Source: an uncultured Gemmatimonadales bacterium (lineage in GTDB: Bacteria; Gemmatimonadota; Gemmatimonadetes; Longimicrobiales; RSA9). Taken from it: 64,000 nt of DNA. The DNA lies in contig CAWAMW010000002.1 of the NCBI GenBank assembly GCA_963783305.1, positions 512,001-576,000 on the forward strand. The letters are read 5' to 3'. The first letter of the stretch is position 1, and the number at the start of each line of letters is the position of its first letter. Below the pieces are notes generated by a model, which was given only the letters and a program-made list of their open reading frames with translations, was not told the origin of the DNA and made no database searches. The position numbers and the translations under genes are program-made. Shown one piece after another: positions 18,553 through 27,651 of this stretch.

Positions 18553-19600
18553 TCAGCGGGCGGCCGGATCCCACGCCGCGGCGCCACCGTAGAACCGGGC
18601 CATCTCGCGCAGCGCCCGCTCCACGAGCTCCGGGGCCGGCCAGTCGGCGCTCTTCCGGATGTCGTCGAGCTTGTAGCGCTGGACGTACATCGGCCAGACC
18701 ACCAGGACGTCATCCCCCACGATCAGGGCGTGATTGACGTAGCTCGAGACCACCACGGGGCGGGTCTCCTCCAGCGGGCCGAAGAGGTTCACGCCGTTGC
18801 TGTACTCTTCCGGCGCACCTCCGCAGCCTCGGTCACGGCTGACCCGGCGCGGTGTCGCAGGAGACATCGGCCAGGGGGTACACGAGGGAGCGCCGTTCGC
18901 CATCGGTGCCGTCCGCCTCCCGGATGATGCCCAGCTGCCCACCGTACTTCTGCGCGTTCTGATGCGACGTGACGGGGTAGTAGAAGGGGAGCTCGGGAGT
19001 GATCGATGTGATCCGGACGTCGTTCGCCTCGTAGGCAGCGATATGAAGCGTCTGGCTCGCCGTGAAGGCCAGAACGGCCACCGCCGCCAGCCCGATCGCC
19101 CACGGCTTCCGGACCCGCACCCGACCCGCCAGCCGGAAGACCCACCACTCGAGGGCGATGACCACGGCCAGCAGCGCCAGCGCCGCGACCACTTCCATTA
19201 CGCCTATCCCCACCCCACCGAAGGTCGTGAACAGGTACTGCAGCCAGAACGCGTCGATGTGCATCCTGAACACCCGGTACATCAGGCCCTCCAGGACGAA
19301 GTAGTAGAGGACGAGCGCCAGCAGAGCGCCGCTCGCGCCCACGAACAGGCGCACGCGGACGCCGAGCGCCAGCAGCAGCGCGGCCAGGAGCACGAGGAGG
19401 ATCAGGACGTAGTAGCCCAGGAAGACCAGCCCCACGTACACACCGCCGAGACCGCTCCAGTTCAGTCCCTCCGGGTACCGGCTGAGCGCCGCCACGAGGA
19501 ACGGGATGTTGAAAAGGAGCGCGACGACCACCAGGCCGTACGCTCTGATGCGGGCCGCGAGGACGCGACGTATGCGGGCAAGGATCTCGGAGCTGCTCAT
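18553..19600 (-). pseudogene. YejM/PbgA-like (DUF3413 + sulfatase) gene with an internal deletion
   Basis: 18833-19600 encodes the TM domain and linker (LPFYYPVT...YPLADVSC) and then stops. Another frame continues directly with the extreme C-terminus (GCGGAPEEYSNGVNLF...LREMARFY). The sulfatase core is absent. Confidence 0.7.
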
Positions 19601-19731
19601 TGCTGTCTGGAGCGGGTTACACCCGACTCGAGCCCAGGTGCCGCCGCGGGAGGATCGAACGCGAAAGGGGCGAGCCGCCCTCGGGCAGCCCGCCCCCGTT
19701 CACGTCGAGCGAACTCAGTGGATGCGACGCG

Positions 19732-20250
19732 TCAGACGTCTTCCCCCGGCCGGCGCCGCCGCGCGACTGCCGCAACCCCGAACAGCCCGGTGGCGAGGAG
19801 CAGGAGCGATGCCGGCTCCGGCACGGCCGTCCCCACCTGCGCGGCGGCGAACACGCCCTGGTTCAGCCCTGTGACGAACAGCTGCGAAGTGACGTTCGCC
19901 ACCGCCGCCATGGAAAGGAGGTTGTTCCCGTTGTTCGCGTAGATCGTGGAGACGCCGTTGAAGAGGATGCCGCCAAACGGTCCCTGGCTCGCGAACGCCG
20001 TGGTGTTCACGTCCCCGGTGACGCTGTTGTACGATGTCCCCTGCATCTCGATGCCGAAGGCACTCAGGAAGACATTGTTGTAGGCGGCCTCGACCGCGGA
20101 TCCGCCCGTGCCGGTCCCGCCGATCGCCAGCACGTTCCCGCCGCCCTGGACGTAGCTTGCCAGAGCACCGCCGGTGGCGGTCAGGTTCGAATTGCCCCCC
20201 GTGAACACGGCATCATAGCCGGCGAAGCTCGCGGCACTCGATGTCCTAGA
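19732..20250 (-). pseudogene. PEP-CTERM protein, 5'-truncated
   Basis: C-terminal VPEPASLLLLATGLFGVAAVARRRR. The frame is closed by a stop near 20250, with no signal peptide or good start. Confidence 0.7.
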
Positions 20251-20335
20251 TCACCGCAGTCCTTCCTGATCCTCGGGGGCGCCAATGCGGCCACCCACGT
20301 CCGGCGGCCCCACATCCGGGAGAGGCATGAGAGGC

Positions 20336-20737
20336 ATGAGTGAGACGGACACACCGGTCCCCCGCGGACTGCGCATCGCGTTCCTGCTGAACGCCGTCAT
20401 CGCCGGGATCGTGGGCGCCCAGCACCTGCTCGCGCCGCGAGTGTGGACCGATCTCGCCGGGATCGCAGTGGACGACACCGGCCTGTGGCGCCTCATCGGA
20501 GCGGCCGTGCTCGGCTACGGCGTCGTCGCCGGCCTGGCCTGGCGGCGGGGAGCCTGGGCGCAGGTCCGGATCGTCGTGACGATGCAGGCGGTCTGGTCGC
20601 TGGTCGGCGCGGCCGTGGTCGTGTGGGCGATCGTCTACGAGGATCTCCCACCGCTGGAGTGGCTGAATGCCGCGCTTCTGGCGGTATTCGGGGTCGTCTA
20701 CTCCTACTATCTCGTCTCCGGAGGCGACCGCTCGTGA
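20336..20737 (+). CDS. Hypothetical 4-TM membrane protein
   Basis: Four hydrophobic segments; purine-rich RBS. Confidence 0.65.
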   Translation: MSETDTPVPRGLRIAFLLNAVIAGIVGAQHLLAPRVWTDLAGIAVDDTGLWRLIGAAVLGYGVVAGLAWRRGAWAQVRIVVTMQAVWSLVGAAVVVWAIVYEDLPPLEWLNAALLAVFGVVYSYYLVSGGDRS

Positions 20738-20817
20738 TCCTGGTGGACCGGACACAGCTCGCCCGGCCCGGCCCTTGCCCGGCGCTGGCCGGCCTCCCAC
20801 GTTGCCGGTGACAGAGC

Positions 20818-20868
20818 GGCGAAGGAGTTCGCCCGGACCCGCGGCCCCGAGCCGCTGATGACTCCTCC
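20818..20868 (+). ncRNA. Fluoride riboswitch (crcB motif)
   Basis: GGCGAAGGAGTTCGCC (P1), GCGGC/GCCGC (P2) and GCTGATGACTCCT (pseudoknot with GGAGTT), directly upstream of crcB. Confidence 0.92.
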
Positions 20869-20899
20869 CAGCGGCCGCGGCCGATCGGGAGGCTTTTTT
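20864..20899 (+). terminator. Riboswitch-coupled intrinsic terminator
   Basis: CCTCCC..CGGCCG/CGGCCG..GGGAGG stem followed by T6, overlapping the aptamer 3' strand. Confidence 0.85.
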
Positions 20900-20910
20900 A
20901 TGGGGGTGCC

Positions 20911-21294
20911 ATGATCTGGCTGTACATCGCGGCGGGAGGAGCCGCCGGGGCGATGGCCCGGTACGGCCTCGCGGGCTGGGTGCAGGACCGGGCCGGGTTC
21001 CAGTTCCCCTGGGGGACGCTCCTGGTCAACGTCCTGGGCTCCGCTCTGATCGGGGCGGCGCTGCGCTACCTGGAAGCCGCGCCAGCGTCGGCGGAGGTCC
21101 GCGCGCTCGTGACCGTCGGGCTCCTCGGTGCGTTCACCACCTTCAGCACCTTCAGCTACGAGACGGTCGGCCTCCTCGAGGACGGCGCGTTCGGGAGAGC
21201 GGTGGGGTATTCCCTGGGAAGTGTGCTGCTCGGCGTCCTCGCCGTGTATGGCGGGATCGCCGCCGCTGGCATCATCATCCATGTGAGGGGGTGA
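20911..21294 (+). CDS. crcB: Fluoride channel Fluc/CrcB
   Basis: GGAAGAMARY, FPWGTLLVN and GLLGAFTTFSTF motifs. Confidence 0.96.
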   Translation: MIWLYIAAGGAAGAMARYGLAGWVQDRAGFQFPWGTLLVNVLGSALIGAALRYLEAAPASAEVRALVTVGLLGAFTTFSTFSYETVGLLEDGAFGRAVGYSLGSVLLGVLAVYGGIAAAGIIIHVRG

Positions 21295-21668
21295 CCATGA
21301 CCCACAGGTTCGAGGGGGAGCGGACCCTCATGCGCATCTTCATCGGAGAGTCCGACCGCTGCCAGCACGGGCCCCACGAGGGCAAATCGCTCTACGAGGC
21401 GCTCCTGGGTCTCTTCCGCGAGCGCGGCTTCGCGGGCGCGACCGTGCTCCGGGGAATCGCCGGCTTCGGGGCTAGCGCGAAAGTCCACACGGACCGGATC
21501 CTCCGACTGTCGCTGGACCTGCCCATTGTCGTAGAGGTCGTGGATACCGAGGAGCGGATCCAGGGGATCATGCCGGAGCTCGACGGCATGATCGGCGGGG
21601 GACTGATCACTCTGGAACGCGCGCACGTGATCCTCTACCGGCCCGGTAGCGCAGGAGACAGCCCGTGA
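21291..21668 (+). CDS. DUF190 (PII-like) protein
   Basis: LMRIFIGESD, GATVLRGIAGFG and LSLDLPIVVEVVD; overlaps the crcB stop. Confidence 0.9.
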   Translation: MTMTHRFEGERTLMRIFIGESDRCQHGPHEGKSLYEALLGLFRERGFAGATVLRGIAGFGASAKVHTDRILRLSLDLPIVVEVVDTEERIQGIMPELDGMIGGGLITLERAHVILYRPGSAGDSP

Positions 21669-21844
21669 GGAACGGCCCGTACCCCCCGATTCCCGCACGG
21701 GTCCGAAAGAGGCACCCCGCCGGGGCGTACACGTGAGCTGGCGGTACTAGCGACGGGGGCGAGCCCTGCCCGCAGAGCGACCTCGCACGCGAGTTGCGCG
21801 ACCCAGGGTACAGGGCAGGAGCTCACCGCAACCACAGAACCGCC

Positions 21845-23518
21845 ATGAGCAGGCATCCCAGCACAGCACCTCTCCTCCTCGCCGTCGCTCCCGCGTCCAT
21901 CGCCGTCCGTCTCGCGCGGACCCTCGCGGGCGCGGTCCTGGGCACCGCCCTCGGCCTGGCCGTGAGTCTCGGCGTCGTGGTATACGAGGCCCGGGTGGAT
22001 AACCGGTTCCTGGAGTCCACGGACGACATCATGAGCCTCCGGGCGGTGCCGATCCCCGCGGGGTTCCTGGCTGGCGCGATCGGGGGTTGGGGCGGGCCCG
22101 TGCTCCTGGCCGCCGGCGGCGCCGGCGGCGTGGCTGGCGGGGTCCTGGGCGCATTGGCCGGCGCGGCGGTCGGAGATATGGCCACAGACGCGCGCTCGGG
22201 CCCGTGGGCTGGCGGGGTCATGGGGAGCGCGGTCGGAGTCCTGCTGGGCATGGCGGCCGGCCTGATCTGGGCGCGCGCCCGCCGGAGGCGCGATCCTCCC
22301 GGAGCCCCCCGGGCCGCCGCGTCAGCGGCTCTGCTGCTGGCCGCGTCGGCCGCGTGGCTGACCGGGTGTGGCGGCGAAGCGCCAGCGCTGCCGGAGGTGC
22401 CGGCGGCGCCACCGGTGGGCGGTGAGGACGTGGCGAGCGTCCTGTTCCTCTTCGGCGACCCGGGCAAGGCGCGGTATTTGAAGTATCCGATCCTGCCGAA
22501 GCTGGCGCGGGAGGTCGATACCTGGAGCGCGCGGCTCGATCGCGATTCTTCCGTGGTCGTGGTCGCTCTGGGCGACATCATCTACCCTGACGGGATGCGG
22601 GATCCGGACCCGGCGTCCCCGGCCTTCGAGATCGACTCCCTCCGGGTCGAGAGTCACATCGACGTCGTTCGCGGCGCCGGGGCCAGGAGCCATGGTGCGC
22701 GGCTCTATTTTCTCGCCGGCAACCACGACTGGGGCCTGGCTGAGGATCGCGTGGGCACGACGCATCTGAAGAACCTGGGGCGGTTCATCGATCGGGCGCG
22801 GGCGCGCGACGACGTGAACGTGGACCTGGTGCCGGAGGCCGGGACGGGGATGCCGTACGTGGTGGATCTCGAGCACGTGCGCCTGGTGCTGCTGGACACC
22901 GCATGGTGGATCTTCGACGCGGAGCCGAATCGCAAGGAAGCCATGCTGGAGCGCGTTGCGGAGGCCCTGGCCACGGCGGGGGAGCGCGAAGTGATCATCG
23001 CCGCGCATCACCCGTACGCCTCGGCAGGCCCACACGGTGGCGAGACCACGGTGTGGAAGGACCTGGGGATCCGCTTTCTGATGGCCCGGAGCGGCGCCAT
23101 GCTGCAGTCGCTGGACTCCCGAGTCTATGGCGAGCTGCACGCCGGGCTCCAGGACGTCTTTGCGCGGGTCGAACGTCCGCTGGCGTTCATCGGGGGGCAC
23201 GAGCACTCGCTCCAGGTGATCCGGGGTGACTCGGCCACGGCTCCGCGCTACAGCATGGTTTCCGGCTCGGCCAGCAAGCTCACTCCCGTCGGGTGGCTGC
23301 CGGGAATGCTCTACCGGCGCTCCGCGCCCGGCTACATGCGGGTGGTCGTGCGGAAGAGCGGCGCGGTGGACCTGTACGTGGAGGCCGCTCCGGAGCAATT
23401 CCTCGTCTGCCCGGATGATCCGGACGCGGCCATGGACTGGGAGCGGTGCATGGAAGAGGGGGTCGCGAGCTACGAGACCGTGTTCTCCATGCGGCTCAGC
23501 GAGCCCGGCGGCTCCTGA
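21845..23518 (+). CDS. Calcineurin-like metallophosphoesterase with an N-terminal Gly-zipper membrane region
   Basis: GDPG, LGDIIYP, GNHDW, HHP and GHEHSLQ motifs; internal lipobox-like WLTGC. Confidence 0.85.
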   Translation: MSRHPSTAPLLLAVAPASIAVRLARTLAGAVLGTALGLAVSLGVVVYEARVDNRFLESTDDIMSLRAVPIPAGFLAGAIGGWGGPVLLAAGGAGGVAGGVLGALAGAAVGDMATDARSGPWAGGVMGSAVGVLLGMAAGLIWARARRRRDPPGAPRAAASAALLLAASAAWLTGCGGEAPALPEVPAAPPVGGEDVASVLFLFGDPGKARYLKYPILPKLAREVDTWSARLDRDSSVVVVALGDIIYPDGMRDPDPASPAFEIDSLRVESHIDVVRGAGARSHGARLYFLAGNHDWGLAEDRVGTTHLKNLGRFIDRARARDDVNVDLVPEAGTGMPYVVDLEHVRLVLLDTAWWIFDAEPNRKEAMLERVAEALATAGEREVIIAAHHPYASAGPHGGETTVWKDLGIRFLMARSGAMLQSLDSRVYGELHAGLQDVFARVERPLAFIGGHEHSLQVIRGDSATAPRYSMVSGSASKLTPVGWLPGMLYRRSAPGYMRVVVRKSGAVDLYVEAAPEQFLVCPDDPDAAMDWERCMEEGVASYETVFSMRLSEPGGS

Positions 23519-23604
23519 CCACTGCGCGCGACCGGCCGCCCGCTTCCGGCGCGCCCGGGGCCGGCCATGCGTAGCACCGCCGACCCGCCGGTGCTACTGG
23601 CCTG

Positions 23605-24084
23605 TCAGCAGCCCGAGAAACCGTGGTACCCGAGCTCATTGGGCTCGCCCTCCAGTCGCAGGACGAACTCGGCCGGGAACGGCTCGTCACCTTCCGGGTC
23701 CTCCAGCGGGCGGACAGTCACGCTCACACCGCCATCCGCGTACACGCCCCCGCCGCGGGCCACCAGCGGCACCAGCTTTCCGTTCAGCTTGATTACGCCG
23801 GTCTGCGGGCCATAAATGACGATGGGGAGTCCCACCCGGGTGTACCGGAACACGCAGGCCTCGCCCGCGTCGGGGACGTTCCGGACATCCGCCTCGGTCA
23901 TCACCTCTGCCACGAGCAGGTGGGTGCCCACGCCCGTGAGGGCCTCGCTTGCGCTCGCCAGCTCCGCCGGCAGCGATGGCGGGTCGAGCGACGCCTCGCG
24001 GTCGTTCCCCGGAGCGGTGTTCTCCACGCAGCCGGTCACCAGGGCCGTCAGAACCAGGAACGGAAGGAAGCCGACGCGGATCAT
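23605..24084 (-). CDS. Hypothetical lipoprotein
   Basis: Lipobox VTGC and GVIKLNGKLV; overlaps the DUF305 stop. Confidence 0.7.
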   Translation of the reverse strand: MIRVGFLPFLVLTALVTGCVENTAPGNDREASLDPPSLPAELASASEALTGVGTHLLVAEVMTEADVRNVPDAGEACVFRYTRVGLPIVIYGPQTGVIKLNGKLVPLVARGGGVYADGGVSVTVRPLEDPEGDEPFPAEFVLRLEGEPNELGYHGFSGC

Positions 24085-24563
24085 GGCGTTGCCTCCTCTC
24101 CGGAAGAAGTCCGGACCCCTTCGGCCTCGATCTTGGCGATGAGGTAGCGCATCTCCGCGATCTCACGCCGTTGCGCCGTGATGATCCCCTTTGCCAGCTC
24201 CCGGGTCCGGGGGTCACGGATGTGGGCCCGTTCGCTGGTCATGACCGCGATGGAGTGGTGCGGGATCATGGCTTTCATGTACGCGACGTCGTCAATGGTC
24301 TGCTGGCTCCGCACGAGCCACAGCGCGCCCACGAAGACCACGACGGACCCGATGTAGATGGCCGCGTTCTTCATGGGATCCTTGTACATCCCCAGCATGA
24401 ACGAGAGCATGATGAGCGCCATCGACGCGCCCATGACGAACGCCATCCAGAACCGTGTCTCGCTCCAGAACACGTGGTCCCAGGCGAACGTGTTCAGGTA
24501 CATGAGACCGAACATGACCGCCGTCGATGTCGCGATCATGGCGAGGAATCGTCGATACTTCAT
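24081..24563 (-). CDS. DUF305 domain membrane protein
   Basis: Three TM helices, then YMKAMIPHHSIAV...AQRREIAEM. Confidence 0.85.
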   Translation of the reverse strand: MKYRRFLAMIATSTAVMFGLMYLNTFAWDHVFWSETRFWMAFVMGASMALIMLSFMLGMYKDPMKNAAIYIGSVVVFVGALWLVRSQQTIDDVAYMKAMIPHHSIAVMTSERAHIRDPRTRELAKGIITAQRREIAEMRYLIAKIEAEGVRTSSGEEATP

Positions 24564-24799
24564 CCCACCCTCCGACATGTCCACTCCTGTTCCGGTTGCG
24601 TTTCCCACATTCACGTGCCGGTCCGCGGCCGCGGTGGGGGGCTCAGCGGCCGCCCACCTGAATTCGCCGCGCTTTTGACCGCAGGAGCCACGCCACTGCC
24701 GGGATGCACGGGTGCGCCTACCCTCACGCGAGGTTCAGCGCCACCGAACCCGCGATCGAGGCCACGGCCGTGTCCAGCGCCGATTCGCGCCGCGGACGT

Positions 24800-25582
24800 T
24801 CACCTCTCCAGAAGCTGCGCGTCCGGCGGCACGAGCACGAGCCGGACGCCCATGCTGAAGTGGGGGGCGTACTCCAGCGGAACCGGATAGAGCGGCTGAA
24901 TCGGCTCGCCATTCGACCGCTGCCAGCCATAGAGGGCGGTGGCGAGGCTGTCCCCACTGGAGTCCGCCAACCGCACGACGTCGATCTTGTGGCCGGCCAC
25001 GAACTCGCCCGGCGGTGAGCCCGGCTGCCGCTGCGCCTGCACGAGCCGGCTGTGCCGCTCGAAATACCGCACACTGCCCATGTGCTCATCCGGCCGGATC
25101 CGGATCGGGACCAGCCGGGTGTCGGCCGCGGCCCAGATGGCGTCCACGAGCTGCGGCGTCGGCAGCGAGCCGCCCACCAGCCGGGCCACCCGAAGAGCCG
25201 TTCCCGGCGAGAGCGGCGTGTACAGGAAGTCTTCATCCGACCCCACGGCCAGGTAGTCCCGGGTGACCCAGAACGCCGCCGGCCGCGCGTCCGCGCCGCT
25301 GTCCACAGCCAACTCTACTCGTTCGAGCGGACGCAGCCAGTCCGGGACGTTCCCGCGTGCCAGCTCGGCGTAGATCCTCTCCTCCCGCGCCTCCACGCCG
25401 AGCTCCCCGATCTCGTCGGCCACCTGCCTGCCGCCCGGCGCATCGGCCGGCCTCGGCGGCAGGTCGAGCGTGGGGCCGGCCGCGGTTCCTGGGCCGCCCT
25501 CGCAGGCCGCGGACCCCACCACTGCGAGAAGCACCAGGGCCGCGCCCGCGAGGGAGCGCAGCCGGGGGGCGCGGCCGGTCAC
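24800..25582 (-). CDS. Conserved hypothetical lipoprotein
   Basis: Lipobox GSAAC; GNVPDWLR, DYLAVGSDEDF, LPTPQLVDAI and YGWQ...PIQPL motifs. Confidence 0.7.
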   Translation of the reverse strand: MTGRAPRLRSLAGAALVLLAVVGSAACEGGPGTAAGPTLDLPPRPADAPGGRQVADEIGELGVEAREERIYAELARGNVPDWLRPLERVELAVDSGADARPAAFWVTRDYLAVGSDEDFLYTPLSPGTALRVARLVGGSLPTPQLVDAIWAAADTRLVPIRIRPDEHMGSVRYFERHSRLVQAQRQPGSPPGEFVAGHKIDVVRLADSSGDSLATALYGWQRSNGEPIQPLYPVPLEYAPHFSMGVRLVLVPPDAQLLER

Positions 25583-25585
25583 CCG

Positions 25586-27136
25586 CTATACCGCCCGGCG
25601 GACCGGCGCCCAGAGCGGCCGCGAGACGGCCACGAGCGCCAGAGCCAGAGCCAGCGCCAGCGCCAGCCAGGTACCCCTGCCCCAGGACGACCAGGTGGCC
25701 GCGTTATTCGCGGCCGCCCGGGGCGCCGGCGTCTCGTCATCAACCTTCCACGCGGTCCAGCTCTTTCCGGCGAACTCGGGTTCCCGCTCGTCCACGCGTA
25801 TCGCCATCTTCACATCCTCCCCCGCGCGGTGGAACGCGACGGTGTACGGGCCCCTCAGCATGAAGAACGTGGTATCGGACTCCGCGAACAGGCGCGTCCG
25901 CACCTTCCCCCGCGGCTGGTACGTCAGGTAGCCCTCGTTCTCGAGTCGGATGAAATAGTGTCTGCGCTCGGGCGCCGCGGTGTACGTCCCGACTCCGGAC
26001 TGGTAGGTCCCTGCGTAGCGCCCGAGCACCGCCGGATCCACCGTGACCGATCTCGCCGAGGACGGCGGGTCAGGGAACAGAAGGTCCCTTCCGATCCAGT
26101 CGGCGAACCCCCGCGTGTTCGCGAGCAGGACCGTACCGATGCCCGCCGCCGGGTCGAGGGACATCAGCGCACTGAACCCCGCGGTGCCCCCGGCGTGCGT
26201 CAACAGCGGAGGCTGCCGCGCGACCGTGTACGTCCGCCAGGAGAAGCCGTAGCCCTCGTCCTCTTCGGGAGTCCCGCGCTCCACCCGGATCTCCTGGGCC
26301 AGCCGCACCGCCGGAGCCAGCTCCGTCGTGGCCGGGCGGGCGTTCGCCTTCAGGAACTTCAACATGTCCCCGGCGCTCGACCATAGACCGGTGGCTCCAC
26401 GCATCACGTCCGTGGACTCCGAGTACGGCACCACGTCCCCGTCCACGTGGCCACGAGCCCTCCGCCCCTCCGCCCCGCCCTCCAGCGCGTAGCCCGTCTG
26501 TTCCATGCCCAGCGGCTCCAGGACCCGCTCGCGCAGCAGCTCCGCGTACCCGCGCCCCGCGGCCCGCGACAGCGCCTCGCCCAGGAGAGCGTAGCCGATG
26601 GTCGAGAACCGATAGACTCGCCCCGGCGCCCGCTCGAGCGCATGATCCGACACCCGCTCGTACAGCTCTTCCCGCGTCACATCCCCTTCCCCGGCCGCAG
26701 GGCCCGCCGGAAGCCCCGACCAATGCGTCGCCAGGTCGCCGAGGGTGACCTCATGATCGCCGAACGAGGGGACAGTCACGTCTGCCGGAAGGTACTTCGC
26801 CACCGGGTCATCCAACGCAACGACTCCCCGGCTCACCATTTCCCCCAACAGCGTCCCCGTGAAGGTCATGGTGAGCGCACCCAGCTCGAACAGCGTGCCC
26901 GGGCCCAGCTCACCTCCACCCGGCCCAGCGCTCCCGTAGGCGACCATGCTCGTGGTCCCGTCCACGTCCAGCACCCCCAGCACGATCCCCGGCGTCTCGC
27001 CATCTTCCACGAGGTACCGGAGCATCGTCTCGAGGTCGTCGTCGGGAGGGAAATGCTGCGCGCCGGCCGCGCCCGGTGAGAGCACGAGCCCGCCCACCAC
27101 GATCAGACCGCATGCTGCGATGGCCGCTGTCTTCAT
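25586..27136 (-). CDS. AmpC/PBP-fold serine-hydrolase homologue with a degenerate active site and a C-terminal TM anchor
   Basis: Scaffold motifs LDDPVAKYLP, LATHWSGLP, LEPLGM and GLWSSAGDM are present. SxxK reads ALTM and YxN reads FST. Confidence 0.8.
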   Translation of the reverse strand: MKTAAIAACGLIVVGGLVLSPGAAGAQHFPPDDDLETMLRYLVEDGETPGIVLGVLDVDGTTSMVAYGSAGPGGGELGPGTLFELGALTMTFTGTLLGEMVSRGVVALDDPVAKYLPADVTVPSFGDHEVTLGDLATHWSGLPAGPAAGEGDVTREELYERVSDHALERAPGRVYRFSTIGYALLGEALSRAAGRGYAELLRERVLEPLGMEQTGYALEGGAEGRRARGHVDGDVVPYSESTDVMRGATGLWSSAGDMLKFLKANARPATTELAPAVRLAQEIRVERGTPEEDEGYGFSWRTYTVARQPPLLTHAGGTAGFSALMSLDPAAGIGTVLLANTRGFADWIGRDLLFPDPPSSARSVTVDPAVLGRYAGTYQSGVGTYTAAPERRHYFIRLENEGYLTYQPRGKVRTRLFAESDTTFFMLRGPYTVAFHRAGEDVKMAIRVDEREPEFAGKSWTAWKVDDETPAPRAAANNAATWSSWGRGTWLALALALALALVAVSRPLWAPVRRAV

Positions 27137-27199
27137 GGCGTCTCCTTTCGAGGGAGGCGTTCAGGACGTGGGAGCAACGTATCCGGCCCGGCCCATCGG

Positions 27200-27223
27200 T
27201 GTCAACTAAACACTTGGTTGACA
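27200..27223. promoter_or_regulatory. Probable BlaI-type operator with back-to-back -35 hexamers
   Basis: TGTCAACTAAACACTTGGTTGACA inverted repeat, with TTGACA on both strands, between divergent genes. Confidence 0.7.
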
Positions 27224-27279
27224 GGGGGCCAACCCTCCCACACGTTGCCCACAGCCATCCACACACACACGGAGCCGCA

Positions 27280-27651
27280 ATGGAGATCCAGTTCACCGAG
27301 CGAGAATCGGACATCATGGCGGTGCTGTGGGAGATGGGCCCGGCCACGGTGGCCGAGGTACGGGGGCGTCTGACGGACGAGCTGGCGTACAACACGGTGC
27401 TGACGATGCTGCGTATCCTGGAGGAGAAGGGATACGTGGGTCACGAGGAGGAGGGGCGGGCCCATCGTTTTCACGTGCTCGTGAAGCGGGAGCAGGCGAC
27501 GGAGAGCGCGGTGCGGAGCGTGGTGCGGAGGCTGTGCGGCGGCTCACCGTCGCTGCTGTTGACGCAGCTCGTCCGTCAGCGGGACCTTCCGGACGAGGAG
27601 CTGAAGAGGCTGAGGGCGCTGATCGACCAGCGGCTGGAGGGCGGATCGTGA
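27280..27651 (+). CDS. BlaI/MecI/CopY family repressor
   Basis: TERESDIMAVLW, LAYNTVLTMLRILEEKG and GRAHRF motifs. Confidence 0.92.
   Translation: MEIQFTERESDIMAVLWEMGPATVAEVRGRLTDELAYNTVLTMLRILEEKGYVGHEEEGRAHRFHVLVKREQATESAVRSVVRRLCGGSPSLLLTQLVRQRDLPDEELKRLRALIDQRLEGGS

Noticed and set aside
18833..18835. Selenocysteine or readthrough at the TGA of the YejM-like ORF
   Set aside because: The homologous C-terminus is in a different frame and the core domain is missing, so a deletion explains it better.
24600..24800. Cobalamin riboswitch suggested by GCCACTG
   Set aside because: The other conserved B12-box elements are missing and the orientation does not fit the downstream gene.
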